Origin: Pseudomonadota bacterium
GTDB taxonomy: Bacteria > Pseudomonadota > Alphaproteobacteria > Rhodobacterales > Rhodobacteraceae
Assembly: GCA_038751055.1 (NCBI GenBank)
Contig: JBCDGS010000007.1
Coordinates: 5,612-69,611 of the forward strand
Length of the DNA: 64,000 bases
Direction of reading: 5' to 3'
A program made the translations under genes and the position numbers. The notes below the pieces were generated by a model. The model searched no databases. It saw only the letters and a program-made list of their open reading frames with translations, and was not told where the DNA came from. Below, piece after piece: positions 56,592-64,000 of this stretch; the first letter of the stretch is position 1, and every line of letters begins with the position of its first letter.

Positions 56592-57386
56592 ATGACCCAG
56601 TCACACTTTGGCCTCGACATCACCCGCGTTGCGCTGCGCGTGAACGATATCGATCGCATGGTCTCGTTCTACGAAGACGTTGTGGGCCTCGCTGTGTTCA
56701 AGAAGGACAGGGAGATGGCCCTTTTGGGAGTGGGCGTCACGCCCCTTCTGGAGCTGCGCCACGACGCCCATGCGACCCGGCAACCCACGGCGCCTGGCCT
56801 CTATCACACGGCGTTCCTCCTCCCCAGTCGGGGCGATCTGGGCGCGTGGCTTGGCAAGGCCATCCGCGGGCAGGTCGCGCTCGATGGCGCGGCCGATCAC
56901 GGGATGAGTGAAGCCGTCTATCTGAGTGACCCGGAGGGCAACGGCATCGAGATCTATGCCGACCGCCCCGAGGACACATGGAAAGGGCCGGATGGAAAGC
57001 TGCGGGGTGGCTCCAGCCAGCTCAGCATCAAGCAGTTGCTCTCGACCTCACCGATGTGGAAGGCGACGCCCGTCGACACGCGGATCGGCCACGTGCATCT
57101 GCAGGTGGGGAACACCGACGTCGCCCGCGAGGTCTTCGCCGGCGAGATGGGGCTTGATGTGATGACGACGCTCCCGGGGATGAGCTTCTTTTCCGAGGGC
57201 GGCTACCACCATCACTTTGGCGCCAACACGCACCGGACGCGCGGCGTTCCGAGGCCGGATGGCGTGGCGACGGGTCTGATGCGCGTTGACCTCGAGTTCG
57301 CAGATCGCACGGATCTGCCTGCCGAGATCGAGGCCCCCTGGGGCACCAGCTTTGCGATCAACAGGCGCCAAAGGCTGGCCGCGTAG
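56592..57386 (+). CDS. VOC family protein (CatE-like ring-cleavage dioxygenase / glyoxalase)
   Basis: GLYHTAFLLP, DHGMSEAVYLSDPEGNGIEIYADRP, IGHVHL, GGYHHHFGAN; AAAGGAGA RBS before the ATG at 56592. Confidence 0.85.
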   Translation: MTQSHFGLDITRVALRVNDIDRMVSFYEDVVGLAVFKKDREMALLGVGVTPLLELRHDAHATRQPTAPGLYHTAFLLPSRGDLGAWLGKAIRGQVALDGAADHGMSEAVYLSDPEGNGIEIYADRPEDTWKGPDGKLRGGSSQLSIKQLLSTSPMWKATPVDTRIGHVHLQVGNTDVAREVFAGEMGLDVMTTLPGMSFFSEGGYHHHFGANTHRTRGVPRPDGVATGLMRVDLEFADRTDLPAEIEAPWGTSFAINRRQRLAA

Positions 57387-57405
57387 AGCCAGGAGACGAC
57401 AAGGG

Positions 57406-57440
57406 ACGGGGCGCAACCTGATGTGTTGCGCCCCGTTTTT
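57406..57440 (+). terminator. Intrinsic terminator
   Basis: ACGGGGCGCAAC-ctgatgt-GTTGCGCCCCGT followed by TTTT. Confidence 0.75.
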
Positions 57441-57545
57441 CGTGGGCCGATTGCGGATCCACACCAAGGTCGGGTGAGGAGGCCTTACGCAACAGACGGG
57501 ACCGGGCCGGGTTTTCGGCGTGTTCCGCAAGGATCGAACAGGGGA

Positions 57546-57622
57546 TGGTGGCGTGGGGGAGACTTGAACTCCCGACCTCTCGATTATGAGTCGAGCGCTC
57601 TAACCAGCTGAGCTACCGCGCC
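57546..57622 (-). tRNA. tRNA-Met(CAT), elongator type
   Basis: GGCGCGGTAGCTCAGCTGGTTAGAGCGCTCGACTCATAATCGAGAGGTCGGGAGTTCAAGTCTCCCCCACGCCACCA; full cloverleaf, encoded CCA, G1-C72 pair. Confidence 0.9.
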
Positions 57623-57713
57623 ATGGAGCGGCTGAGTAGGACCAACACCGTCGGGGGTCAAGCTGGAATTGGCCCTTGCCGCCGGGCCAGAAGCGCGGTT
57701 CTTTTCCGACACC

Positions 57714-59135
57714 ATGGAGATACTCGAGACCCTGCGCGCCGTCATCGGCCCAAGCTACGTTCTGACTGGCAAGAGCACCGAAAAGTGGGCCCGCGACTGG
57801 ACGGGCAAGTACGCGTGGACACCGCTTGCGGTCGTACGCCCGGCCTCGACCGTGGAGGTGAGCGCGGTCGCATCTGCCTGCTACGCTGCCGGGGCGGCCA
57901 TGGTGCCAGTGGGCGGCAATACGGGCCTTACCGGCGCCACGAAGGCGCAGGGGGTCGTCATGGTGTCCCTTGATCGGCTGAACGCGATCCGCGCGATCAA
58001 ACCCGAGAGCCGGGTCGCCGTGGTCGAGGGCGGGGCGATCCTCGACACGATCCACAGCGCGGCGGCAGACCATGACCTGATCTTTCCGCTGACCTTCGGG
58101 GCGCGCGGCTCGGCCATGATCGGCGGGAACCTCGCGACGAATGCCGGTGGGTCGAACGTGTTGCGCTACGGGAACACGCGGGATCTGTGTCTGGGGCTCG
58201 AGATCGTCCTGCCGGACGGGCGGATCATGGACCTGATGAGCGAGCTCAGGAAGGACAATACCGGCTACGATCTACGGCACCTGTTCATCGGCTCGGAAGG
58301 GACACTGGGGTTTATCACGGCTGCGGTTCTCAAGCTTTTTCCGGCACCGTGCATCCGCGCCACCGCCATGGTGGCGCTCTCGCGTATTGAGGACACGTTG
58401 CCCCTTTTGAATGCGCTGCAGGCGGCCACTGGGGGCGCGGTGGAAGCTTTTGAGTTCATGCCGCGCAACTACATCGAGCGTCATATCGCCCATACCGGGG
58501 AGCGCGAGCCCTTCGCAGAGGCGCACCGGGTGAACATCCTGCTCGAGGCCGCCTCCACCCGCGCCGACGATGCGGCGCCGGGTGAGGACGGGACGCCCGC
58601 GCTGACCGGGCTTTTGCAGACGATCCTGGCGGACGAGATGGGCGCGGGCCGGATCACGGACGCCGTGGTGGCGCAGAACGAGGCCCAGCGCAAAGCCATG
58701 TGGGCGCGGCGGGAGATGGCTGCAGAGCTGACCTTCTACGACCGCCCCATCGTGGATACCGACATCGCGGTGCCTGTGGACAGCGTGCCTGAGTTTCTGG
58801 CGCGCGCCCGGGCGCGCGTGACGGAGATCGATCCGGGATGCGAGGATTTCATGGTGAGCCATCTGGGCGACGGCAATGTGCATTACTCTGTGTACACGAC
58901 GTCCGGCGACGCGGGTCTCTATGATCGGATCGTGGAGGCCGTGGAGGATGTCACGCTAAGCCTCGGTGGGTCATTCTCGGCGGAGCATGGGATCGGGTTG
59001 AGCAAGCTCGCCTCCATGTCGCGGCGCAAGGACGACACCGCGCTGGAGGTCATGCAGGCGATGAAGGCCGCTCTGGATCCCAAAGGTCTGATGAATCCGG
59101 GAAAGGTGCTGCCTGCGCCGCGCGAAGATCCCTAG
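57714..59135 (+). CDS. FAD-binding oxidoreductase (D-2-hydroxyacid dehydrogenase-like)
   Basis: GGNTGL, IGGNLATNAGG, RKDNTGYDL, GSEGTLG, HLGDGNVH, SAEHGIG, LDPKGLMNPGK. Confidence 0.88.
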   Translation: MEILETLRAVIGPSYVLTGKSTEKWARDWTGKYAWTPLAVVRPASTVEVSAVASACYAAGAAMVPVGGNTGLTGATKAQGVVMVSLDRLNAIRAIKPESRVAVVEGGAILDTIHSAAADHDLIFPLTFGARGSAMIGGNLATNAGGSNVLRYGNTRDLCLGLEIVLPDGRIMDLMSELRKDNTGYDLRHLFIGSEGTLGFITAAVLKLFPAPCIRATAMVALSRIEDTLPLLNALQAATGGAVEAFEFMPRNYIERHIAHTGEREPFAEAHRVNILLEAASTRADDAAPGEDGTPALTGLLQTILADEMGAGRITDAVVAQNEAQRKAMWARREMAAELTFYDRPIVDTDIAVPVDSVPEFLARARARVTEIDPGCEDFMVSHLGDGNVHYSVYTTSGDAGLYDRIVEAVEDVTLSLGGSFSAEHGIGLSKLASMSRRKDDTALEVMQAMKAALDPKGLMNPGKVLPAPREDP

Positions 59136-59152
59136 CCTCGCCCTAACGCGCG

Positions 59153-60112
59153 TCAGGCCAATTCGCGCCAGGCGAAGAAATCGGGCGCCGCTTGCGACAG
59201 GAGGCGATCGGCCAGTGTCGCGCCGAGGACGGCGCCGTCCGCTATGGGGCCGGTGATTTCGTCCGCGAGGCGTTCGCTTCCGTCCGGGCGGAGGATCTCG
59301 CCCCGGAGGCGAAGCTCCGCGCCCGATAGCTCTGCGAGCCCGGCAATGGGGGTTTCGCAGCTTCCATCGAGGGCCGTGAGGAACGCGCGTTCGGCCGCAA
59401 GCCTGTCCCCGGTAGGACCGTCATGGATCGCTGACAAAAGCGCGGCCGTGGCATCATCCCCGTCGCGCCGTTCGATGCCGATGGCCCCCTGCGCCACGGC
59501 GGGCAGCATGTCTTCGGGGGCGATGGGCAGTTTGGGCACCTCGCTCAGGTCGAGACGATTGAGCCCCGCCATGGCTAGAAACGTGCACAAGGCCACGCCA
59601 CTTTCGAGCTTTTTGAGCCGGGTCTGGACGTTGCCCCGGAACTCCACAACCTCGAGATCGGAGCGGTAATTCAAGAGCTGCGCGCGGCGGCGGAGCGAGG
59701 ACGACCCGACCTTCGCCCCGGCAGGCAATGTCGCAAGCGTGAACTCCTCCAGGGACACGAATGCGTCCCGCACGTCTTCGCGCGGCAGAAAGCAGTTCAG
59801 AACAAGGCCGTCCGGCTGCGCGGTGGGCATGTCCTTGGCGGAGTGCACCGCGATGTCGATGCGACCGTCGAGCATCGCCTCTTCGATCTCTTTCGTGAAG
59901 AGCCCCTTGTTGCCGATGGTCTTGAGCGCGATGTCGGCGTCAATCAGCGCCCGGTCATCGCCGGTCGTCTTGATGACGCTGATCTCGAAGGCATCTTCGG
60001 GAAGGGCGTGGGCGCTCATCAAGCGGCGGCGCGTCTCGAACGCCTGTGCGAGCGCCAGAGGCGATCCACGTGTGCCGATCTTGAGCGGGGAGTCTGCGGA
60101 CGGTAAGCTCAT
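59153..60112 (-). CDS. hemC: Hydroxymethylbilane synthase
   Basis: IGTRGSPLALAQ, KGLFTKEIE, AVHSAKDMP, FRGNVQTRL, LDGSCETPI. Confidence 0.95.
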   Translation of the reverse strand: MSLPSADSPLKIGTRGSPLALAQAFETRRRLMSAHALPEDAFEISVIKTTGDDRALIDADIALKTIGNKGLFTKEIEEAMLDGRIDIAVHSAKDMPTAQPDGLVLNCFLPREDVRDAFVSLEEFTLATLPAGAKVGSSSLRRRAQLLNYRSDLEVVEFRGNVQTRLKKLESGVALCTFLAMAGLNRLDLSEVPKLPIAPEDMLPAVAQGAIGIERRDGDDATAALLSAIHDGPTGDRLAAERAFLTALDGSCETPIAGLAELSGAELRLRGEILRPDGSERLADEITGPIADGAVLGATLADRLLSQAAPDFFAWRELA

Positions 60113-60193
60113 GTCTCGTTCCTAATTGCGTCGCGCGCGGCTGGCAAGTAGAGTGTCATCCAAAGTTGACACTTTGCAAAGGCCCGCTGCCCC

Positions 60194-61252
60194 ATGAAAG
60201 ATCTCTCCGTGCCCGCTGATACCGCTGACAAGACCATACTCAAGGCGCTGAGGGGCGAGGCCCAGGACGTCCCGCCGATCTGGATGATGCGGCAGGCGGG
60301 GCGCTACCTGCCCGAGTATCGCGCCACGCGGGCAGAGGCCGGTGACTTCCTGTCGCTGTGCTACAATTCAGAGCTCGCCGCAGAAGTGACGCTGCAACCG
60401 ATCCGCCGCTATGGCTTTGATGCGGCGATCCTCTTCGCGGACATTCTCCTGATCCCGGAGGCCCTCGGGGCCGACCTTTGGTTCGTCACGGGCGAAGGCC
60501 CGCGCCTGTCCACGATCACGGCCATGGACGGGGTGACGGCTCTGAAGCCTGCGGGCGACGTCCACGATCACCTCGCCCCCATTTACGAGACCGTGCGCAT
60601 CCTGCGGCGGGAATTGCCCGAAGAGACGACGCTTATCGGGTTCGCGGGGGCGCCCTGGACGGTGGCCACGTACATGATCGCCGGGCGCGGCACGCCCGAT
60701 CAGGGACCTGCGCACAAGATGCGCGAAGAGGCACCGGAGGTCTTCGACGCCCTCATGGACCGCCTCACAGCCGCGACGATTGAATACCTGTCGGCGCAGA
60801 TCGAGGCGGGCGCGGAGGTCGTGAAGATCTTTGATTCCTGGGCCGGGTCGCTCAAGGGCCAAGCCTTCACGCGCTACGCGCTGGAGCCCGCGCGGGAGAT
60901 CATTGCAGCCTTGAAAGCCCGGCACCCGGACGTGCCGGTGATTGCATTTCCGCGAGAGGCCGGCGACGGCTATATCGGATTTGCGAAGGCCACGGGCGCG
61001 GATTGCGTCGCGCTGGACAATTCCGTCTCGGCGGATTGGGCCGCGAAACATGTGCAGGTCGATGGCTGCGTGCAGGGCAACCTCGCGTCGTCGCACATGG
61101 TGACCGGCGGTCAGGCGCTGGTGGACGAGACCCGCGCCATCGTGGAGGCGTTCCGTGGCGGGCCGCATATCTTCAACCTGGGCCACGGGATCACGCCGGA
61201 TGCCGATCCCGAAAACGTGCAGCGCATGATCGAGACTGTGCGCGGGGGATAG
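60194..61252 (+). CDS. hemE: Uroporphyrinogen decarboxylase
   Basis: [43 protein letters not shown]. Confidence 0.95.
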   Translation: MKDLSVPADTADKTILKALRGEAQDVPPIWMMRQAGRYLPEYRATRAEAGDFLSLCYNSELAAEVTLQPIRRYGFDAAILFADILLIPEALGADLWFVTGEGPRLSTITAMDGVTALKPAGDVHDHLAPIYETVRILRRELPEETTLIGFAGAPWTVATYMIAGRGTPDQGPAHKMREEAPEVFDALMDRLTAATIEYLSAQIEAGAEVVKIFDSWAGSLKGQAFTRYALEPAREIIAALKARHPDVPVIAFPREAGDGYIGFAKATGADCVALDNSVSADWAAKHVQVDGCVQGNLASSHMVTGGQALVDETRAIVEAFRGGPHIFNLGHGITPDADPENVQRMIETVRGG

Positions 61253-62740
61253 CTACTGCGCGGCAAGGGCGGGTTTCGGCCCGATCTCGAGCGAGCCGGG
61301 CCCCCACATGCGGACGTCATTGCTCCAGACTGCGTCGCGGAGGCCGTTCATCCGGTGCCTGCGTTCCTCCTCCGGCATCGCGAGGGCCTCGAGGATGACG
61401 CGATCCATGGAGCGGTGGGAAAACGGATTGGTGGCGAGGGCCTCACCCAGCTCCACCGCGGCGCCCGCAAATTCCGAGAGGACGAGGACGCCATCGCCAT
61501 CCACGCGGCTGGCGATGAATTCCTTGCAGACGAGGTTCATTCCGTCCGCCAGGGGTGTGATCCAGGCCACATCAGCAGCGCGGTAATAGGCGACCAGCTC
61601 CATGAACGGAATCGGACGTGAGATCAGCGCCACAGGCTGCCAGTCGAGCGTGCCGAACCGGCCGTTGATGCGACCGGCCGTCGCCTCAATCTCGTTCTGG
61701 ATCTCGGCATAGGCGGCCATCCCGCGATTGGCGCTGACGGACACATGCATGAGCCGCAAGGTCCCGCGCAGGTCTGGATGGGCCTCCAGCACGCGTTCAT
61801 AGGATTCCAGCTGCTCGACGCCGCCCTTGGTGTAATCCGTCCGTCCGACAGACAGGATAAGCCGCTGATCCCCCAGCTCTGCCTTGAGCGCGCGGGTGGC
61901 CTCGATCGTTTCGGGCGAGAGCGCGTTCATGTCGATGAAACGCGTATCGACGCCCACCGGCGTGACACTGACGGCGACGGATCTGTCGTCGATCTCGATG
62001 AGGGTGGGCACGAAGCGCTCGGTGAGGGCCGTTCCCTCGTTGATCCACTTTTCGGGCACTTTCACGCGGTCGCTGACATCCACGTCAAAGAGACTGCGCG
62101 CGACGCTCACGAAATTGGCGGCGTAGCGGGGGATATGGAAGCCCACGTCGTCGCAGGCCAGGAGGGACCCGATGATTTCCTTACGCCACGGCAGGACATT
62201 GAAAATGTCGGCGCTGGGGAACGGCGTGTGGTGGAAAAAGGCGATGCGCAAATCCGGCCGCATCTGGCGCAGGTAGCCGGGAACGAGCCAGAGGTTGTAG
62301 TCATGGACCCAGACCAGCGCGCCTTCGGCGGCTTCCTCGGCGGCGGCCTCTGCGAACCGGCGGTTGACGTCCTGAAAATTGGCCCAGTCCACGGGGTCGT
62401 AGTTATAGCGCTCCTTGAAGGCATGCAGGATCGGCCAGAACGCCTCCTTGGAGGTAATGTGGTAGAACTCGCGCACCTGAGCGGAAGTAAGGGGCAGGCG
62501 TGAGACGGTGTAGCTGCCGTAATCGTCGTCGATCTCGACCTTCTGCTCGAAGCCGGGATCGTCGAGATCCTCGGCCTCTTTCCAAGCCACCCATGCCCCG
62601 TGATCCACGCTGCCAAAGAAGCTTTTGAGCGTGGGCACGATGCCGTTGGGCGATTTGTTTTCCCTGAAGATGGTCTGGCCGTCTACCTCGACCTCCTCGT
62701 AGGGCTGGCGATGATAGACGATGACGAGATCTGACGACAC
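61253..62740 (-). CDS. ggpS: Glucosylglycerol-phosphate synthase (GT20)
   Basis: LVIVYHRQPYEE...SPNGIVPTLKSFF N-terminus, WVHDYNLWLVP, FFHHTPFP, DGMNLVCKE. Confidence 0.9.
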   Translation of the reverse strand: MSSDLVIVYHRQPYEEVEVDGQTIFRENKSPNGIVPTLKSFFGSVDHGAWVAWKEAEDLDDPGFEQKVEIDDDYGSYTVSRLPLTSAQVREFYHITSKEAFWPILHAFKERYNYDPVDWANFQDVNRRFAEAAAEEAAEGALVWVHDYNLWLVPGYLRQMRPDLRIAFFHHTPFPSADIFNVLPWRKEIIGSLLACDDVGFHIPRYAANFVSVARSLFDVDVSDRVKVPEKWINEGTALTERFVPTLIEIDDRSVAVSVTPVGVDTRFIDMNALSPETIEATRALKAELGDQRLILSVGRTDYTKGGVEQLESYERVLEAHPDLRGTLRLMHVSVSANRGMAAYAEIQNEIEATAGRINGRFGTLDWQPVALISRPIPFMELVAYYRAADVAWITPLADGMNLVCKEFIASRVDGDGVLVLSEFAGAAVELGEALATNPFSHRSMDRVILEALAMPEEERRHRMNGLRDAVWSNDVRMWGPGSLEIGPKPALAAQ

Positions 62741-62753
62741 GTGCGGTGCCTCC

Positions 62754-63527
62754 CTAGGCTGCCTTGAACATCTGCTTCTTCAGGATCGCTTCGGCGATGC
62801 CGGCGACACCCACGCCGTCGGCGATGTGGACATGATCGTGGCCTCTGACCTCTTCCAGGAGGGCGGGTTCCGAGCCGCCGACCGCGACTGCCGGGAGGCC
62901 CAGCGTCAGCATCGACAGATCGTTGAGCGTGTCACCGGCAACGAGGACGCGATCGTTCTTGACGTCGAGATAGCTCAGCAGCCGCAGGAGCGATGGCCCC
63001 TTGGAGACGCCCTTCGGCAATACATCGAAATACTTGCCATCGGAGACGAGGGTATCGAGCCCGAGCTCTGCGACGATGTCATGGGCCTTGGGGTCGAAAT
63101 GCACCGGATCGATGTCAAAGGACACGCGGTACCGGAAGCCGGTGGACTGGAGCTTGAGCCCGCGCGAGTGATGCAATGCCGCCTGCACGCGGGCGCTGGC
63201 CTCGCCCCAGGCGTCAGCGATCTCTGCCTCGAGCTCCGGAATTGGCCTGAGGTGGTTATCTTCCCCCATGGTGGCAATTGTCGTGCCCACGTCTCCCACG
63301 ACGTAATCGGGTAGCGGCACGCCGCGCTTGCGCACGATATCGTTGATGAAGCCCGGATCGCGGCCTGTCACGAAGATGAGCCCGACACGGGCGCGATTGG
63401 CTTCGATGAACGCGTAGAGCTTTTTGCGGTCGTCCTCTGTTCCGCCGAGGAAGGTGCCATCGAGATCAGTGGCGAGGACGAGCTCTTTCTGGGCGATCGG
63501 GGTATCGAAGGTTTCGTGACGGGTCAT
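62754..63527 (-). CDS. HAD-IIB (sucrose-phosphate phosphatase-like) phosphatase, probable glucosylglycerol-phosphate phosphatase
   Basis: LATDLDGTF, VTGR, DVLPKGVSKG, AGDTLNDLSM; the ATG at 63527 overlaps the upstream stop codon. Confidence 0.82.
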   Translation of the reverse strand: MTRHETFDTPIAQKELVLATDLDGTFLGGTEDDRKKLYAFIEANRARVGLIFVTGRDPGFINDIVRKRGVPLPDYVVGDVGTTIATMGEDNHLRPIPELEAEIADAWGEASARVQAALHHSRGLKLQSTGFRYRVSFDIDPVHFDPKAHDIVAELGLDTLVSDGKYFDVLPKGVSKGPSLLRLLSYLDVKNDRVLVAGDTLNDLSMLTLGLPAVAVGGSEPALLEEVRGHDHVHIADGVGVAGIAEAILKKQMFKAA

Positions 63528-64000
63528 GAGATCCTTTCTGCAAGTTTTGCAACATCTGCTGACGACGCCGGGTGGCTGAAGGCCACATCCATTGCCCGGG
63601 GTTCTGCCTTGAGGGGGCGAGCCCACAGCGCGGCGAAGGCGGTGCCAAGATCGGCACCGTCGTGAAGTATTGAGCGCACCGTCTCTGCAATTGGCATCGA
63701 GACGGAGACCGAGCGGGCGAGGTCTGTGACGCTCTTTGCGTTGACCTCTCCTTCGATGACGACGGGCTTGCCGTCGAAACACTCGGAGCGCGGTATGCCC
63801 TGACCTAACTGCTGACCGAGCGACATGTTCCGCGAGGTGGGCGAAGAACAGGTGAGCGCGAGGTCCCCGATGCCCGAAAGGCCGGTTACGGTCTCGCGCC
63901 GCCCGCCGAGGGCTTCGGCCAGGGCCTTCATCTCATCAAGGCCGCGGGTGATGAGCGCGGCGCGCGTATTCTCTGCAAAGCCCGCGCCCGTCATCATGCC
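63524..64000 (-). CDS. gpsA: NAD(P)H-dependent glycerol-3-phosphate dehydrogenase, C-terminal part (truncated by window edge)
   Basis: ENTRAALITRG, GLSGIGDLALTCSSPTSRNMSLG, EG...MPI. Confidence 0.88.
   Translation of the reverse strand, partial: GMMTGAGFAENTRAALITRGLDEMKALAEALGGRRETVTGLSGIGDLALTCSSPTSRNMSLGQQLGQGIPRSECFDGKPVVIEGEVNAKSVTDLARSVSVSMPIAETVRSILHDGADLGTAFAALWARPLKAEPRAMDVAFSHPASSADVAKLAERIS

Noticed and set aside
57546-57622. Initiator tRNA-fMet assignment
   Set aside because: It has a G1-C72 pair and lacks three consecutive G-C pairs in the anticodon stem. Ile2 cannot be fully excluded without a covariance model.

Overview
This is a GC-rich, gene-dense chromosomal segment. Gene content and the intergenic repeats point to an alphaproteobacterium, probably Rhodobacteraceae/Roseobacter group (inference). 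From left to right it holds: a taurine module (tpa-xsc-pta-tauZ-like); an orphan LacI-controlled cluster with an ABC transporter, a GMC oxidoreductase and two SnoaL-like proteins; an IclR-controlled alpha/beta-galactoside uptake and De Ley-Doudoroff cluster with an MmcQ/YjbR gene between its permeases; purine/ureide catabolism (uraH, puuE-uraD fusion, allE-like, allA); a class III aminotransferase, a fused 5-oxoprolinase and gloB; a ~15 kb divergent catabolic cluster, probably for an unknown betaine or N-methylated imino acid (GcvT-family dehydrogenase, two HpbD-like enolases, Rieske oxygenase, AMDase-like, sulfotransferase-like, ALDH, frameshifted CMD, RpiR and GlxA regulators); a secreted-protein module with two tandem acidic paralogs, only the second carrying a VPLPA-CTERM sorting signal; tRNA-Met(CAT); an FAD oxidoreductase; hemC and hemE; and a glucosylglycerol synthesis operon (gpsA-HAD-ggpS). 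I found no transposase, integrase, phage genes or CRISPR array, but several REP/MITE-like repeats are present. All family assignments come from motif recognition by eye; no database searches were run.
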